Of a stretch of DNA of 64,000 nt, positions 40,475 to 50,977 are shown in pieces; within the stretch, counting starts at the first letter, position 1, and the number at the start of each line of letters is the position of its first letter. The position numbers and the translations under genes were made by a program. Source of the stretch: Deltaproteobacteria bacterium (GTDB lineage: Bacteria; Myxococcota_A; Polyangia; Fen-1088); assembly GCA_033763315.1 (NCBI GenBank), contig JANRKS010000002.1:1-64000 (forward strand). Direction: 5' to 3'. The notes under the pieces were generated by a model. It saw only the letters and a list, made by a program, of their open reading frames with translations, made no database searches and was not told the DNA's origin.

Positions 40475-41434
40475 CTAATCTTGTTTCAGGAGCAACGAGA
40501 CGTCATCCGTCCAGCACGTGGGGCTGCCGTTGTTGTGGATGAACACAAACATCCACGTGGCCGCGGCGGGCACCACGAAGTCTCTCGCTTCTGTTTTCCA
40601 GGTGGTGCCAAACGGCGATGCGATGTTGCGTTGGATTTCGCCATCCACGTCATTGCCGCACACCACACCCACAGTACACCCCACAACGTCACCTTTGCCC
40701 GTGGCGGTGAGCACGTACGTTTGACCTCGGATGAATCCCGGTGTCTCCTGCTGGCACCAAGCGGCTGCCGTATCGCTTCGCAAAGCGAAGGCACTTGAGG
40801 GGCCGGCGGCAACGGCGGCGGTGTTGCCGTTCACCGTCTTCCATTTGGTGACGCCTGCCTCAAAGCCTCCGTTGCTGATCAAGTTCACTGGCGCAGGCGG
40901 TGCCGTGTCAACCACGGGTTTGGGTGCATCGAGATTCGCCATCGCGGTATCTGTTGCGCTTGCCGCTGCGTCTGGTTTGGGCGTTGAAGCTTCGGCGTCC
41001 GTTGGTGAGGGAACTCCTGCGTCTCGATTCGTCGGAACTGAAGGTGTATCGCTTGTGGACGATAAATTTAGTTGCAGGCGTCGCGAGGCACCCGCTCCGA
41101 TCGTAACGCCTAGAAGTTCGGCCTTCGCGATAACGGCGCCCGCGGACACGCCAGACACAGAAATGTCTCGGGTGGCAAACACATTGCCGTCGAGTGTGAT
41201 CTGCACGGTGGCAATTGGATTTACGTTGCTTTTGAGCGAGCCCTTATCTGGCACCCGCAGGTCAACAACGGAAGGCGTGCCATCGCGGAGGACTGTAATC
41301 GACAAATACTCGGGTAGGGCGGCCGCGGGATCTTTATCGATCGCAACAAACAACTCCGTTTGCGTCGCGGGCCCGCAACTGGTTGCCGCGATCGCGAGCC
41401 AGGTGGCCGCCAAGGTAACGCGCGCCGAAAACAT
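40475..41434 (-). CDS. Lipoprotein with C-terminal CBM4/9-like carbohydrate-binding domain
   Basis: Lipobox ATSC; NLISNGGFEAG..W..GQTYVLTA..W..DDVSL. Confidence 0.75.
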   Translation of the reverse strand: MFSARVTLAATWLAIAATSCGPATQTELFVAIDKDPAAALPEYLSITVLRDGTPSVVDLRVPDKGSLKSNVNPIATVQITLDGNVFATRDISVSGVSAGAVIAKAELLGVTIGAGASRRLQLNLSSTSDTPSVPTNRDAGVPSPTDAEASTPKPDAAASATDTAMANLDAPKPVVDTAPPAPVNLISNGGFEAGVTKWKTVNGNTAAVAAGPSSAFALRSDTAAAWCQQETPGFIRGQTYVLTATGKGDVVGCTVGVVCGNDVDGEIQRNIASPFGTTWKTEARDFVVPAAATWMFVFIHNNGSPTCWTDDVSLLLKQD

Positions 41435-41648
41435 TGCCGCTTAAGTCTAAGTGCACACTGATCCATGGTCGAGGCGTAACTTGAAATACGATTGCAGCAG
41501 GCCATGAAGAGCGCACGTGAATCACGTTAAGCATGCCTGATGCTCTCGTTTGGCTACGTCATTTTGTCGAACCGCTGACTGCAAACCCTTGGCCCGCTGC
41601 TGTCATCTTTGTGACGTAAGGGGCGCCTTGATGGTCCGTGGATCGCAG

Positions 41649-43724
41649 CTAGCGGCCATTCGATTCGAAACCGTAGAGGAGAATGCCTTGAGCTTGCGTT
41701 GCGGAGCCATCCACGAAACCACAGCTTCCAAGCGCTCCGTGGCCCTGGTAAGCGCCGAAGTTCGGCGCGTAAAGGCAGGCCTCCTTGTTTTCGCACAAGC
41801 CGTTGTCATTGCCAATGCCATCTCCCAAGAGCTCAAGCGCACTACCAAGGAAAGTGACCTTCTGCAGCTCATCGTGAATCGTTCTCGATCCATTGACCGA
41901 CGAAGGACACGGTTGGCCCGCCACAAAGGGCTCGGCTGGTGTGGAGGCGCGGCCCGTGCCACTTCGGAGCGTGGTGTCGTTGATGCGAAGGCTCCAATCA
42001 AAGATCAAGCAGCTCGAATCCTCCGGCGTGCATAGCGCTTTTCTTGTGGCCGGAGCAGGAGCGATCTCAATGCCCCACGCGCGTTCTGGGTTCTGCAGCG
42101 GCCACCACTGCAGGTCTTTGCTGTAAGGCGCCGCGCCGTCAACGTCTGCGGGGCTGGCATCATCGTTTGTCACCTTGCCGATGAAGGAGCTTTTTGCGGA
42201 AGCGCCGGCTTGAAATGCCACCTCAGATTGCGCCTGCGGCTGATTAAGAGGACGGCAAGCCGTATCGAAGGAAGCAGGGGAGTCAGGGCCCGGATTACAC
42301 GTCGCTTGCGCGCCCACCAACAGATCACCCGAGAAAGCCAGGCTGTTCGCACCGCTGACGCCGAGACTGTTGCCCACGATGTCCAACAGGGCCGCTTGCG
42401 AAACCGATAGGTTCCGCCCGCTGCCGAAAAAGATCCCTGCACCCGCGTCGTGCACCAACACGTTGGCCACAAGGTTGGCGTCACCTTCGAGTGTGATGCC
42501 CCAAACCGTGTGAATGATCGAAGCGCCCGAGATCATGTTGTGGTGGCATCCATCGCCAATCGAAACCGTGGAACGGCTGGATGAAATGCGCACACCGGTA
42601 AATGCATTGAATGAGGTGCGCTCCTCGAGATAAAGCGCGTAGCCCGCATTGAAGATGCGCGTGTCCCAGAAGATGTTGGCGTGGCAATCCCACAGCTCGA
42701 GCGCTGCGTTGCCGAAGTTGGCCCAACCCGTTCGCCGAATGTGGCTGTGGCGCATGCGCACGGCCCACAGACCCAAGGTGCTGACGTTGGCGGCGCGCCT
42801 ATCGAAGCTCCCCTCAATCCACACTCGTTCACGATCCGTAATCAGAAACAGGGCGGCATAGTTGGGCGCCTTTTGATCTGTGGGTGGATACACAAACGAA
42901 AGGCCCTCCTCCACGAGGCTGACCACGGCGTTACCAAGCGTCACCACCGACACGCCATCGGCCACGATCGCATAACCGCGGCTGCGCTGATCGGCCGCCG
43001 CGACATACACCGCGCCCGCTTCTTCAAGTTTGGCGAAGTTTTGGCCCGCATCGCAACCCACGCCCAGGGAGGGCGTGCAACCATCGGCGTTTGCGGGCAA
43101 CGGACGAACAGGATTGCTCCACCACGCGGCCAGCTCTGAAACCGCACGCCTCCGCCCAGACACGATCACTCTGTTTGGCTTCCAACCCGATGCGGTCACC
43201 AAATCCGCGAGGCCGCGATCGGCGCGCAGATGCCCAACGAACTCGGCGCCGCTGGCGCTGTTTTCACAGGTCCAATCGAATACGCCCAGCTCATCTTTCA
43301 TGACGAGCCCGTCGCACGACGTGCCGGTTATCTTTGCGCGCCGGATGGCTCCGTAATGTTTGCACAAGCCAAAGGCATCATCGCTGGGGCCGCAGTTGAG
43401 CGTCGGATCGCTGGCAGCGCCGTAGTCGTTCCAGTTTGGCCGCGCGGCAACGGGCTCGACCGTGATCGTGGGGGCGGGCACGTCGCCACCGTCAGGTTTC
43501 GGCTCCGCGTCCAGCGGTGGCGCGAGTCCATCAGGGGCGGAGGTGGCATCACCAAGGTCGTTGCCGTCGATGGACGCATCCACGGGCCCGCCCTGCTCCG
43601 GCTCTTCGCCAGAGCACGCCCATGACAACAGGCCGCAGATAAAGATCAGACATCGAAGGAGCGAGGCGTGCTTGAGCAGGACGCCAGCGCGAGACATTCG
43701 TTGGTGAAGGGGCAACGGGTTCAC
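41649..43724 (-). CDS. Cys-containing lipoprotein with parallel beta-helix repeats
   Basis: Signal ending SWAC, NWNDY..C..C, repeated N/G-rich beta-helix rungs, DGIGNDNGLCENKEAC. Start may be 43697. Confidence 0.72.
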   Translation of the reverse strand: MNPLPLHQRMSRAGVLLKHASLLRCLIFICGLLSWACSGEEPEQGGPVDASIDGNDLGDATSAPDGLAPPLDAEPKPDGGDVPAPTITVEPVAARPNWNDYGAASDPTLNCGPSDDAFGLCKHYGAIRRAKITGTSCDGLVMKDELGVFDWTCENSASGAEFVGHLRADRGLADLVTASGWKPNRVIVSGRRRAVSELAAWWSNPVRPLPANADGCTPSLGVGCDAGQNFAKLEEAGAVYVAAADQRSRGYAIVADGVSVVTLGNAVVSLVEEGLSFVYPPTDQKAPNYAALFLITDRERVWIEGSFDRRAANVSTLGLWAVRMRHSHIRRTGWANFGNAALELWDCHANIFWDTRIFNAGYALYLEERTSFNAFTGVRISSSRSTVSIGDGCHHNMISGASIIHTVWGITLEGDANLVANVLVHDAGAGIFFGSGRNLSVSQAALLDIVGNSLGVSGANSLAFSGDLLVGAQATCNPGPDSPASFDTACRPLNQPQAQSEVAFQAGASAKSSFIGKVTNDDASPADVDGAAPYSKDLQWWPLQNPERAWGIEIAPAPATRKALCTPEDSSCLIFDWSLRINDTTLRSGTGRASTPAEPFVAGQPCPSSVNGSRTIHDELQKVTFLGSALELLGDGIGNDNGLCENKEACLYAPNFGAYQGHGALGSCGFVDGSATQAQGILLYGFESNGR

Positions 43725-43857
43725 GCGCGCTTTATTAGCACGAACCGCAACGCCGTTTGCTCACGTCTTGAGAAAAGGTTGTTGGTGGCCAGCAAGGACG
43801 CGCCGGAACATGTGCTGTGCCGGCGCGCCGATGCCAAACGACGTTGCGATCGAGTTT

Positions 43858-45009
43858 CTAGTAAGCGACTTTAGACCAAGCGCGGTTCTTGCTGGAAGCC
43901 ACCACCGCGTCGCAGATGAGCAGTTGGTTGTGCCCATCTTTGAAGGTGGAAAACGTTGGGGTGCCTTTGGCGCCCGCCGCGATAAAGCCATACACGTTGG
44001 CGAACAGGTTGTAGGGCCCTTCCGAATAGCCTTCCGGGTGCCCACCCGGGTAGTGCGAAAACGAACGCGCCTCGGGGTCCATCAGCGAAGCGTCTTTGAT
44101 CATGTCTTGATTGGCGACGTCGCGACGACCAATCCACAACGAGTTGGGCTGCTCTTGATCCCAAGACAAGGCGCCTTCTTGGCAATCGGCTTCAAGGTAG
44201 AGGCGGTTCTTGCGGCCGGCCGAGACCTGGCTGATGACGCAAGAGCCAGAGGCACCGCTTCTTGTGCGGAACAAAATTGTGGCCGTGTCTTCAGTGACCA
44301 CGGGCACATCTGTGTAGTCGTCCGCAGTGAGGATCTTGCCCGAGTATGTTTGCATCGCTTGCCGCGGCTTCTTGCGCGATTTGTGCACGATGTTGAGATC
44401 GGCCATCACTTCCACCACCGGATCGTTGGTGATGAATTGCACGGTGTCGAACCAGTGGCTGCCGATGTCACCCACAGCACGCGACTCACCGCCTGATTCC
44501 ACTTCAATGCGCCAGTTGTAGTCCGTTTCTTTGATCAACCAGTCCTGCAGGTAAGACCCGTGCAGCAAGAATAGGCGACCCATGCGGCCGGACTGCACCA
44601 TGGCTCGCATCTGCTGAACCAGGGGATAGTTGCGGTAGTTGAAATGAATGGCGTTGACGACGCCCGTGCGTTCAGCGATCTGCACAAGCTCCGCAGATTC
44701 GCGCGACGTGCGCGCCAGTGGCTTTTCCGAAACCACGTGCTTGCCCGCTTGCATGATGGCTTTCGACATCTCGAAATGCATCGAGTTTGGGGTGCAGTTG
44801 TGCACAACTTCGATTTCGGGGTCGGCGATCAGTTGCAGGGCATTGCCGTAGGCTTTCGGTATGTGCAGCTCATCGGCCTTGCGGCGTGCCAATTCTTCGT
44901 TGGCTTCGCCCAGCGCCACAACGTCCACGTAGCCTAAACGGCGAAGGGCCTCTGCATGAATCGGCCCCATCATGCCGCTGCCAATAATTCCCACTTTGAT
45001 GCGTTTCAT
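43858..45009 (-). CDS. Gfo/Idh/MocA family NAD(P)-dependent (sugar) oxidoreductase
   Basis: KVGIIGSGMMG Rossmann motif, CTPNSMH, KHVVSEKP, DIGSHWFD. Start reassigned to MKRIKV. Confidence 0.93.
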   Translation of the reverse strand: MKRIKVGIIGSGMMGPIHAEALRRLGYVDVVALGEANEELARRKADELHIPKAYGNALQLIADPEIEVVHNCTPNSMHFEMSKAIMQAGKHVVSEKPLARTSRESAELVQIAERTGVVNAIHFNYRNYPLVQQMRAMVQSGRMGRLFLLHGSYLQDWLIKETDYNWRIEVESGGESRAVGDIGSHWFDTVQFITNDPVVEVMADLNIVHKSRKKPRQAMQTYSGKILTADDYTDVPVVTEDTATILFRTRSGASGSCVISQVSAGRKNRLYLEADCQEGALSWDQEQPNSLWIGRRDVANQDMIKDASLMDPEARSFSHYPGGHPEGYSEGPYNLFANVYGFIAAGAKGTPTFSTFKDGHNQLLICDAVVASSKNRAWSKVAY

Positions 45010-45151
45010 GGGCCGAACGGTATCGGCCGCCCCAGGCCCTGTCAAACGCTTCGGCCCCGTGCCCGTGATTTCCGCGACGTCGCGCGGAGCATTGGCAAAA
45101 ACGTCCTGACTCGGCAACTGGCTCCGCCGATGCACGGCGTCGACGCGAGCC

Positions 45152-46144
45152 TCATGGGCAACCGATGCGCGCTTTGTCGATCGCCACATCATCGAACCAG
45201 AGGTCAAAGCCTGCAGCTTCTTCTTCGCCATACATCTGCCATCCAATCCACAAACGGTTGAAAGTGGGCGCGGGCCATGTGGGGGCATCCGATGGCATGC
45301 GATGTAGCTCGGCGACTTCGATGTTGTCTTGCCAATAGCGCAATTCATTCTTGTTGCCATCGAACAACCACTCGGTGCACACCCAACGGTTGGTGGGGGC
45401 CGTGTATGGCACCGTCTGGCCTTTGCGATCGAAGAAGCGGTTGGTGGGGATCCCGTCGTCGCGCGAGCCGGTGTAGTAGTTCGCCATCAAACGCTGCGTT
45501 TCTATGCCATAGCGATACTCAGCAGAGCCGCCCGCAGCCACATTGCCCGAGGCCGCGAACAAGCTGATGTGACGAACCGGCGCGGGGGCCGCCAGGTAGA
45601 GCCACACGCGGCCGTAAACAACGTTGCCCAGGGGGACCAAAGGTTTCTTCACCACAAGGCGCACGCCGTCGTCGCGCTTATTCGCCGCATGAAGGTGCAG
45701 GGCACGTTTGCCGCCGTGCACACGCGCCGTGTCGACGGTCAATGTGTTGGCATTGCCCGAAGCGCCGCCTATTTCCACCTTCCACTGTGCGGTGTCGATG
45801 GCCGTGGTCTCGAAATCGTCGCAGAGCCAGCGGGCGTTTGGATTGCACACGACGGTCAAGCCCCCGTCGGCGGCCGCATCAGGTTTGGCGGTTGCGATGG
45901 CTGCGTCGGACTGTGGCAAAACCGCCGCATCGCTCACGTGCTCGGGTGGGGAGCCCGCATGGCCGCCGCGCTCACCCCTCGCGGCATCGATGGTGCCTCC
46001 GCTTCCGCCCTGGGCCGGTGTTTCGCCCTCGGCTTCCGCATCGACAGGTGGGTCGTGCCCCGTTGTACCGCACGCGGGCACTGTGAATAGGGCGCAGACC
46101 GTAAGAGTTGCCAGAACGTTGGCACGCGGAAAGGCTTGGGTCAT
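45152..46144 (-). CDS. Lipoprotein with Cip1-like/polysaccharide-lyase-like jelly-roll domain
   Basis: Lipobox VPAC; LCDDFE, VDTARVHGGKRALH, YGRVWLYL, RWVCTEW, LWFDDVAID..RIGC. Confidence 0.78.
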   Translation of the reverse strand: MTQAFPRANVLATLTVCALFTVPACGTTGHDPPVDAEAEGETPAQGGSGGTIDAARGERGGHAGSPPEHVSDAAVLPQSDAAIATAKPDAAADGGLTVVCNPNARWLCDDFETTAIDTAQWKVEIGGASGNANTLTVDTARVHGGKRALHLHAANKRDDGVRLVVKKPLVPLGNVVYGRVWLYLAAPAPVRHISLFAASGNVAAGGSAEYRYGIETQRLMANYYTGSRDDGIPTNRFFDRKGQTVPYTAPTNRWVCTEWLFDGNKNELRYWQDNIEVAELHRMPSDAPTWPAPTFNRLWIGWQMYGEEEAAGFDLWFDDVAIDKARIGCP

Positions 46145-46253
46145 CCAAAAGCTATCGTTTGCGCCTGGATTGGCCTTCTACGCGCTCAAAACTTTCTTAA
46201 ATAAAACGGCAAGGGCCATGAAAGGTCGGGTGCCTCCCCTTCGATAGGCTTAC

Positions 46254-47981
46254 GTGGCAAGACGGCAGTTCAGGACTTGGCAGCAGCGCTGTGCACTTCT
46301 GTGTGTGACCCTGGCAACGGCGTGCATGGGCAACATTGAAGGAAGCTCCACCGGTTCGGGTGGCACTGACGGCGACGGAAAGGGTGAGGGCGGCGAAGGG
46401 GTATTTGCTGAGGGCGTCATTCCGCCTTTGCCCACGGCCGAGGCCAGTGCCTGTTTGGCGGGCACGGCGGCGCCCACAACGGCCAATGCGGTGTTTCGCC
46501 GCTTGAACCGCACCGAATACGACAACACGGTGCGCGATCTGTTGGGTGATCTCACGCGGCCAGCCGGTAAGTTCCCGGCCGAAGAGCGCGCGCTTGGCTT
46601 CGATAACAACGCCGCCGCTCTCACCACATCGCCTGTGTTGATCGAGCAGTACGTATCCACCGCGGAGGCGCTCGCTGCCAGCGCCATCAGCAAGCTGCAG
46701 ACGTTGGCGCCTTGTGATAACCCCACGACCAACGCCCGCGCGTGTGGACAAAAATTCATTGACGGTTTTGCAAACCGGGCCTTTCGGCGGCCTTTGCAAG
46801 ACAGCGAGCGCACGGGATTGCAAGCGTTGTTCGACGAGGGCGCGAAGGTGGACTACGTCTCCGGCATCCGCATGGTCATCGAAGCCACATTAGGTGCGGC
46901 ACCTTTTCTTTACCGCGTTGAAATCGGCGAGGGTGGGGGGCCCAATGGCCTGCGCAAACTGACGTCATGGGAGATGGCGTCGCGCATTTCATACTTCATT
47001 ACCCAATCCATGCCCGATGCCCCACTTATGACGGCGGCCGCGGCCAACGAGTTGCAAACACCAGCGCAAATCAGGCAACACGTGGACAGGCTCCTGCAGA
47101 CACCAGCGGCCGCCGATATGGTGGCGCGATTTGCAGACCTCTGGCTGAAGTTTGAATTGCTGCCCGGCTTGGTGAAGGACGCCAAAATGTTTCCCGATTT
47201 CGGCGTCAACACCATTGCGTCGCTGCAAACGCAGGCGCGCAAATTTATAGACGAATGGATGGTCAAAGATGGCGGCCGCTTAGACGCCTTGATGAATGCG
47301 TCATACACATTCATGGACGCGGGGCTGGCGAAGATCTACGGAGCGCCAGCCGTCACGGGGAACGGTTTTGTGAAAACGACACGGGAGGATTCCCGCCAGC
47401 GCGGCGTTTTGGCACAGCCAGCCTTAATGGCGATGTTGGCACACGCCAACCAAACGGCACCGGTGCACCGCGGAAAGTTCGTGCGCGAACAATGGCTCTG
47501 CGATGAACTGCCGCCGCCGCCCCCAGGGCTTTCGATCGCAGGGCCTGCCTTGGATCCCGGGTTAACCACCCGTGAGCGGTTTGCACAACATTCCGCGCAG
47601 CCAGCGTGCCGTGGTTGCCATCAACAGATGGATCCCATTGGGCTTGGGTTCGAGAACTTCGATGCTTTGGGAAAATTTCGCACGCAAGAAAACGGCAAAC
47701 CTGTGGACGCGCATGGCGAGCTCACAGACACAGACGTGGATGGCACGTTTGACGGAGCCGCCGAACTGCAGACGCGCTTGGCTCAAAGTTCAAAGGTGAA
47801 ACAGTGTGTGGTGAGGCACTGGTTTAGGTTCGCCTCCGGCCGCAAGGAAACACCGCTTGATGCATGCACATTGCGACGCCTTGCCGACGCGTTTGATCGC
47901 AAAGACGCAGGCTTTCCCGAACTCATCATGGCCATCGCACAAAGCGATGCCTTCCTGTTTCGCAACGTCGAATCGCTGTAG
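46254..47981 (+). CDS. DUF1592/DUF1588-domain lipoprotein with CxxCH (copy 3)
   Basis: Lipobox ATAC, RRLNRTEYDNTVRDLLG, GFDNNA, EMASRISY, PVHRGKFVREQWLC, CRGCH..MDPIGLGFENFD. Confidence 0.92.
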   Translation: MARRQFRTWQQRCALLCVTLATACMGNIEGSSTGSGGTDGDGKGEGGEGVFAEGVIPPLPTAEASACLAGTAAPTTANAVFRRLNRTEYDNTVRDLLGDLTRPAGKFPAEERALGFDNNAAALTTSPVLIEQYVSTAEALAASAISKLQTLAPCDNPTTNARACGQKFIDGFANRAFRRPLQDSERTGLQALFDEGAKVDYVSGIRMVIEATLGAAPFLYRVEIGEGGGPNGLRKLTSWEMASRISYFITQSMPDAPLMTAAAANELQTPAQIRQHVDRLLQTPAAADMVARFADLWLKFELLPGLVKDAKMFPDFGVNTIASLQTQARKFIDEWMVKDGGRLDALMNASYTFMDAGLAKIYGAPAVTGNGFVKTTREDSRQRGVLAQPALMAMLAHANQTAPVHRGKFVREQWLCDELPPPPPGLSIAGPALDPGLTTRERFAQHSAQPACRGCHQQMDPIGLGFENFDALGKFRTQENGKPVDAHGELTDTDVDGTFDGAAELQTRLAQSSKVKQCVVRHWFRFASGRKETPLDACTLRRLADAFDRKDAGFPELIMAIAQSDAFLFRNVESL

Positions 47982-47989
47982 AGGACGTC

Positions 47990-49345
47990 ATGGCATCTCA
48001 TCTTTCCCGTCGCACGATTCTGCGCAGCGGCTCATTTGCCGTGGGCCTGCCGTTTTTGGACGCCATGATGCGTCCGCGACGCAGTCAAGCAGCCACACCC
48101 AAGCGGTTTGTGGTGTTCTTTCAGCCAGGCGGCAACCTGCGAGAAAAGTGGCTGCCCGGCGGCGCCGATACCAATTTCACTTTGTCGCCTCAGCTTGCGC
48201 CGCTGCAGGCGTGGAAGAGCAAGCTTGTGATCATTGACGGCGTGGCCATGAGCTCCACGCGCAGTGGCCCCGGCGACGATCACTTGCGCGGCATGGGACA
48301 CCAATTGACCGCGCAGGCCTTACAAGCGGGAAGCAACCTTGGTGCCGGTTTGGCAGGTGGCCCCTCTGTGGATCAAGTGATCGCCAGCAAGATTGGCGCG
48401 GGAACACCATTTGCCTCAAAGGAATTCGGTGTGCAAACATGGACGGGCTTTGCGCCAGGAGGCGGCGGCACCGCGTGGGACTATTTGGCCTATGCATCGG
48501 CGGGGAAGGCGTTGCCAGCTGAAGACAATCCAACCACAATCTTTTCGTCGATGTTCAAGGGGTTGCCAGCCAAGGGCGCAACCGGCCCCGATCCCGCGCT
48601 TGTGCAGCGTTTGGCCCAGCGTAAGAGCGTTCTCGACTTCGTGAAAGGCAGCTACAGCACGCTGTTGCCAAAAGTCAGCCGCGAGGATCGACAACGTCTT
48701 GATGCCCACCTTACAGGCATTCGAGACATTGAAACGCGTCTGACGTCTTTGAACCAGCCCCCTGAGATGAGCTCAAACTGCATGCAGCCGCCGCTTTCCA
48801 ACGTCGGTTACCACGACCGTTCAAAATATGGCGAGGTGGGAAAACTGCAAAGCGATCTATTGGCGATGGCGTTGGCGTGCGATCTTACCCGCGTGGCCAC
48901 CTTGCAATACCACCGCAGCGGCAGCGACGTGGTGTTCTCGTGGCTGGGCATCACGGGCAACCACCATGGCATCGATCACGAGCCTGACAGCAACGCAGAC
49001 GCACAGGCTAGCATTCTCAAAATCAGCAAATGGTACAACGAGCAACTGGCGTATCTTTTGGCAAAGCTTGACTCCTACAAAGAGCCAGGCGGCTCGGTGC
49101 TCGACAATTCTTTGGTGCTCCACACGGTTGAGTTGTCGCGCGGCAACGTGCATTCGCACAACGCACAACCGTATGTGCTGGCCGGAGGTGCGGGCGGCGC
49201 GGTGGCCACCGGCAGGTTCTTGAAAATCCAGAACCGCAGCCACAACGATCTGTTGCTGACCTGCATGGCGGCGGTGGGCGCGCCCGCGGCAACCTTTGGT
49301 GATCCATCGCTTTGCACCGGCCCGCTGCCTGGCGTGCTCGTGTAA
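47990..49345 (+). CDS. DUF1552 family protein, Tat-exported (copy 3)
   Basis: LSRRTILR..VGLPFLDAM, PKRFV, PSVDQVIA, RKSVLD, ALACDLTRVATL, HHGIDH, SVLDNSL. Confidence 0.92.
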   Translation: MASHLSRRTILRSGSFAVGLPFLDAMMRPRRSQAATPKRFVVFFQPGGNLREKWLPGGADTNFTLSPQLAPLQAWKSKLVIIDGVAMSSTRSGPGDDHLRGMGHQLTAQALQAGSNLGAGLAGGPSVDQVIASKIGAGTPFASKEFGVQTWTGFAPGGGGTAWDYLAYASAGKALPAEDNPTTIFSSMFKGLPAKGATGPDPALVQRLAQRKSVLDFVKGSYSTLLPKVSREDRQRLDAHLTGIRDIETRLTSLNQPPEMSSNCMQPPLSNVGYHDRSKYGEVGKLQSDLLAMALACDLTRVATLQYHRSGSDVVFSWLGITGNHHGIDHEPDSNADAQASILKISKWYNEQLAYLLAKLDSYKEPGGSVLDNSLVLHTVELSRGNVHSHNAQPYVLAGGAGGAVATGRFLKIQNRSHNDLLLTCMAAVGAPAATFGDPSLCTGPLPGVLV

Positions 49346-49390
49346 GGGCTCGCTTTGTGAGCCAGGTGTCGGGTTATACTCGGCTCACCC

Positions 49391-50293
49391 GTGTGGATCC
49401 TGGCGGCCGCTCTAAAAATTGTGTTGGGTGGCAGTGCTGTACCAATCAGCCCGGCGCCAGCGTGCCCGGCCGTCGAAGCTGTGGCGCAAGCGGCGCGCCA
49501 TCTTGGCGTGCCCGCGACTGAACTTGAAGCCCTTTTGCCGACGTTGAGCGTGCAAGAGACACCGCAAGGTTTTGACGTTGTGGCCGCGGGGCAGACCCGA
49601 ACGTATGTAGATGCGGAGCGTGATTGTGAACGGCGCGCGCGGTGGGCGGCGGCGTTCGTTGCGCTTGTCGCCACGCCCGCGGAGCCTGCGGAACCTCTGC
49701 CGCCTGTGCCACCACCCCCACCAGCGCCAACGCCTCCCGCGCCCATGACGCTGCCTGCGCCGCCCTTGTGGCACGTGAGCAATGAGCTCTCGATTGATGC
49801 TGTAGCGAGCGCCGATGTTTCATCCGCCGCGGTGGGCGGGTTGTGGCGGATCGCGATCATGCGCGCACGCTGGGGCGCCGCGATCGGTGTCGGCTCCCCT
49901 TACCAACAAACGGCGACGTTGGACGTTCCTGTGCGAGTGCGCCAAAGGCGCTGGCCGCTCGATGTGGCCGTCCGTTGGCAGCTCCGGCCCATGAGCCGGG
50001 CTTGGGATCTGGTGTTGGCGGCTGGCCTGGGTCTCGTTCATATGCGTGACATGGCATTCACTCCCAACGGCACGGGCGCCCAAGTGGCCGCCTGGCAAAC
50101 CGGCTTTAAAGCCGAATGTTTGCCGCGCGTGAAGATCTTGTCATGGCTTTGGGCGCAAGCGGCTATTGAGCTCACGGCCTTTCCTGCACCATCTTCGTAC
50201 CGCCTGGAGCCCGAAGGCCGCGTGGGCACCTCCGAACGGCTCCTGGCCCGTGCCAGCCTTGGCTTTGTTGTGGATTGGCCACCCCTTCCATGA
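49391..50293 (+). CDS. Hypothetical exported protein, Pro linker plus probable beta-barrel-like C-terminus
   Basis: ACP...DCERRARWAAAFVALV, poly-Pro linker, amphipathic strands. Immediately precedes an ECF sigma. Confidence 0.7.
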   Translation: MWILAAALKIVLGGSAVPISPAPACPAVEAVAQAARHLGVPATELEALLPTLSVQETPQGFDVVAAGQTRTYVDAERDCERRARWAAAFVALVATPAEPAEPLPPVPPPPPAPTPPAPMTLPAPPLWHVSNELSIDAVASADVSSAAVGGLWRIAIMRARWGAAIGVGSPYQQTATLDVPVRVRQRRWPLDVAVRWQLRPMSRAWDLVLAAGLGLVHMRDMAFTPNGTGAQVAAWQTGFKAECLPRVKILSWLWAQAAIELTAFPAPSSYRLEPEGRVGTSERLLARASLGFVVDWPPLP

Positions 50294-50355
50294 TTTTTCT
50301 TCGGTCAACATTGAAGGTGGCGCGCGTTTGTTTCGATGGGATCTAAGTAACACCT

Positions 50356-50976
50356 GTGTTTGCGGCAGCCATTTCACCCGTGCGCTCCCAAGACGCCGCC
50401 AGCGTTGACGCGCAGGCGCGCCCTGAGGCAGGGCATCCGCCCCCCGAGCTGACACTCGAGAAGCTTTACGAGGATTGGCACGACCAGGTGCAACGGTGGG
50501 TGAGCGCGCTGGGGGGCCCGCAAATGGATCGCGACGACGTGACCCAGGATGTATTCATATCGGCGCGCAAGCGCTTGGCGTCATTCGATGGAAAGAATTT
50601 GCCCGGTTGGTTGTTTGCCATCACCAAGCGGCGCGTGATCGATCACCAACGAGGCGCGTGGTTCAAGCATGTGTTTTCTCGACGTGACGAGCGGGCGTTG
50701 GAGGAACTGCCGGCACCAGGCGCTCACTTGGACGCGCAACTCGAGCTGCACACGCGCCGCCGGGTCTTGCACGCGCTGCTCGATCGCATGAGCCTCAAAC
50801 GCCGCACCGTGTTCGTGCTGTTCGAGATCGAAGGGCTTTCTGGCGAAGAGATCGCGACACTGGAGCAAATACCGGTCAACACGGTGTGGACGCGTTTGCA
50901 CCATGCGCGCAGAGATTTTTTTGCCATGGCGGCCGAATTCCAAAAGGACCGTGTAAAGGGCGGGGAGCCTGGGTGA
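50356..50976 (+). CDS. ECF RNA polymerase sigma factor
   Basis: DDVTQDVF, WLFAITKR, RRTVFVLFEIEGLSGEEIA, TVWTRLHHAR. Confidence 0.93.
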   Translation: MFAAAISPVRSQDAASVDAQARPEAGHPPPELTLEKLYEDWHDQVQRWVSALGGPQMDRDDVTQDVFISARKRLASFDGKNLPGWLFAITKRRVIDHQRGAWFKHVFSRRDERALEELPAPGAHLDAQLELHTRRRVLHALLDRMSLKRRTVFVLFEIEGLSGEEIATLEQIPVNTVWTRLHHARRDFFAMAAEFQKDRVKGGEPG

Positions 50977-50977
50977 A

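Noticed and set aside
45010-45360. N-terminal extension of the oxidoreductase in the ORF track (similarly 12728-13717, 30385, 32585, 59460 starts)
   Set aside because: The extensions overlap neighbouring genes or precede obvious signal peptides or domain starts, so downstream ATGs were used.
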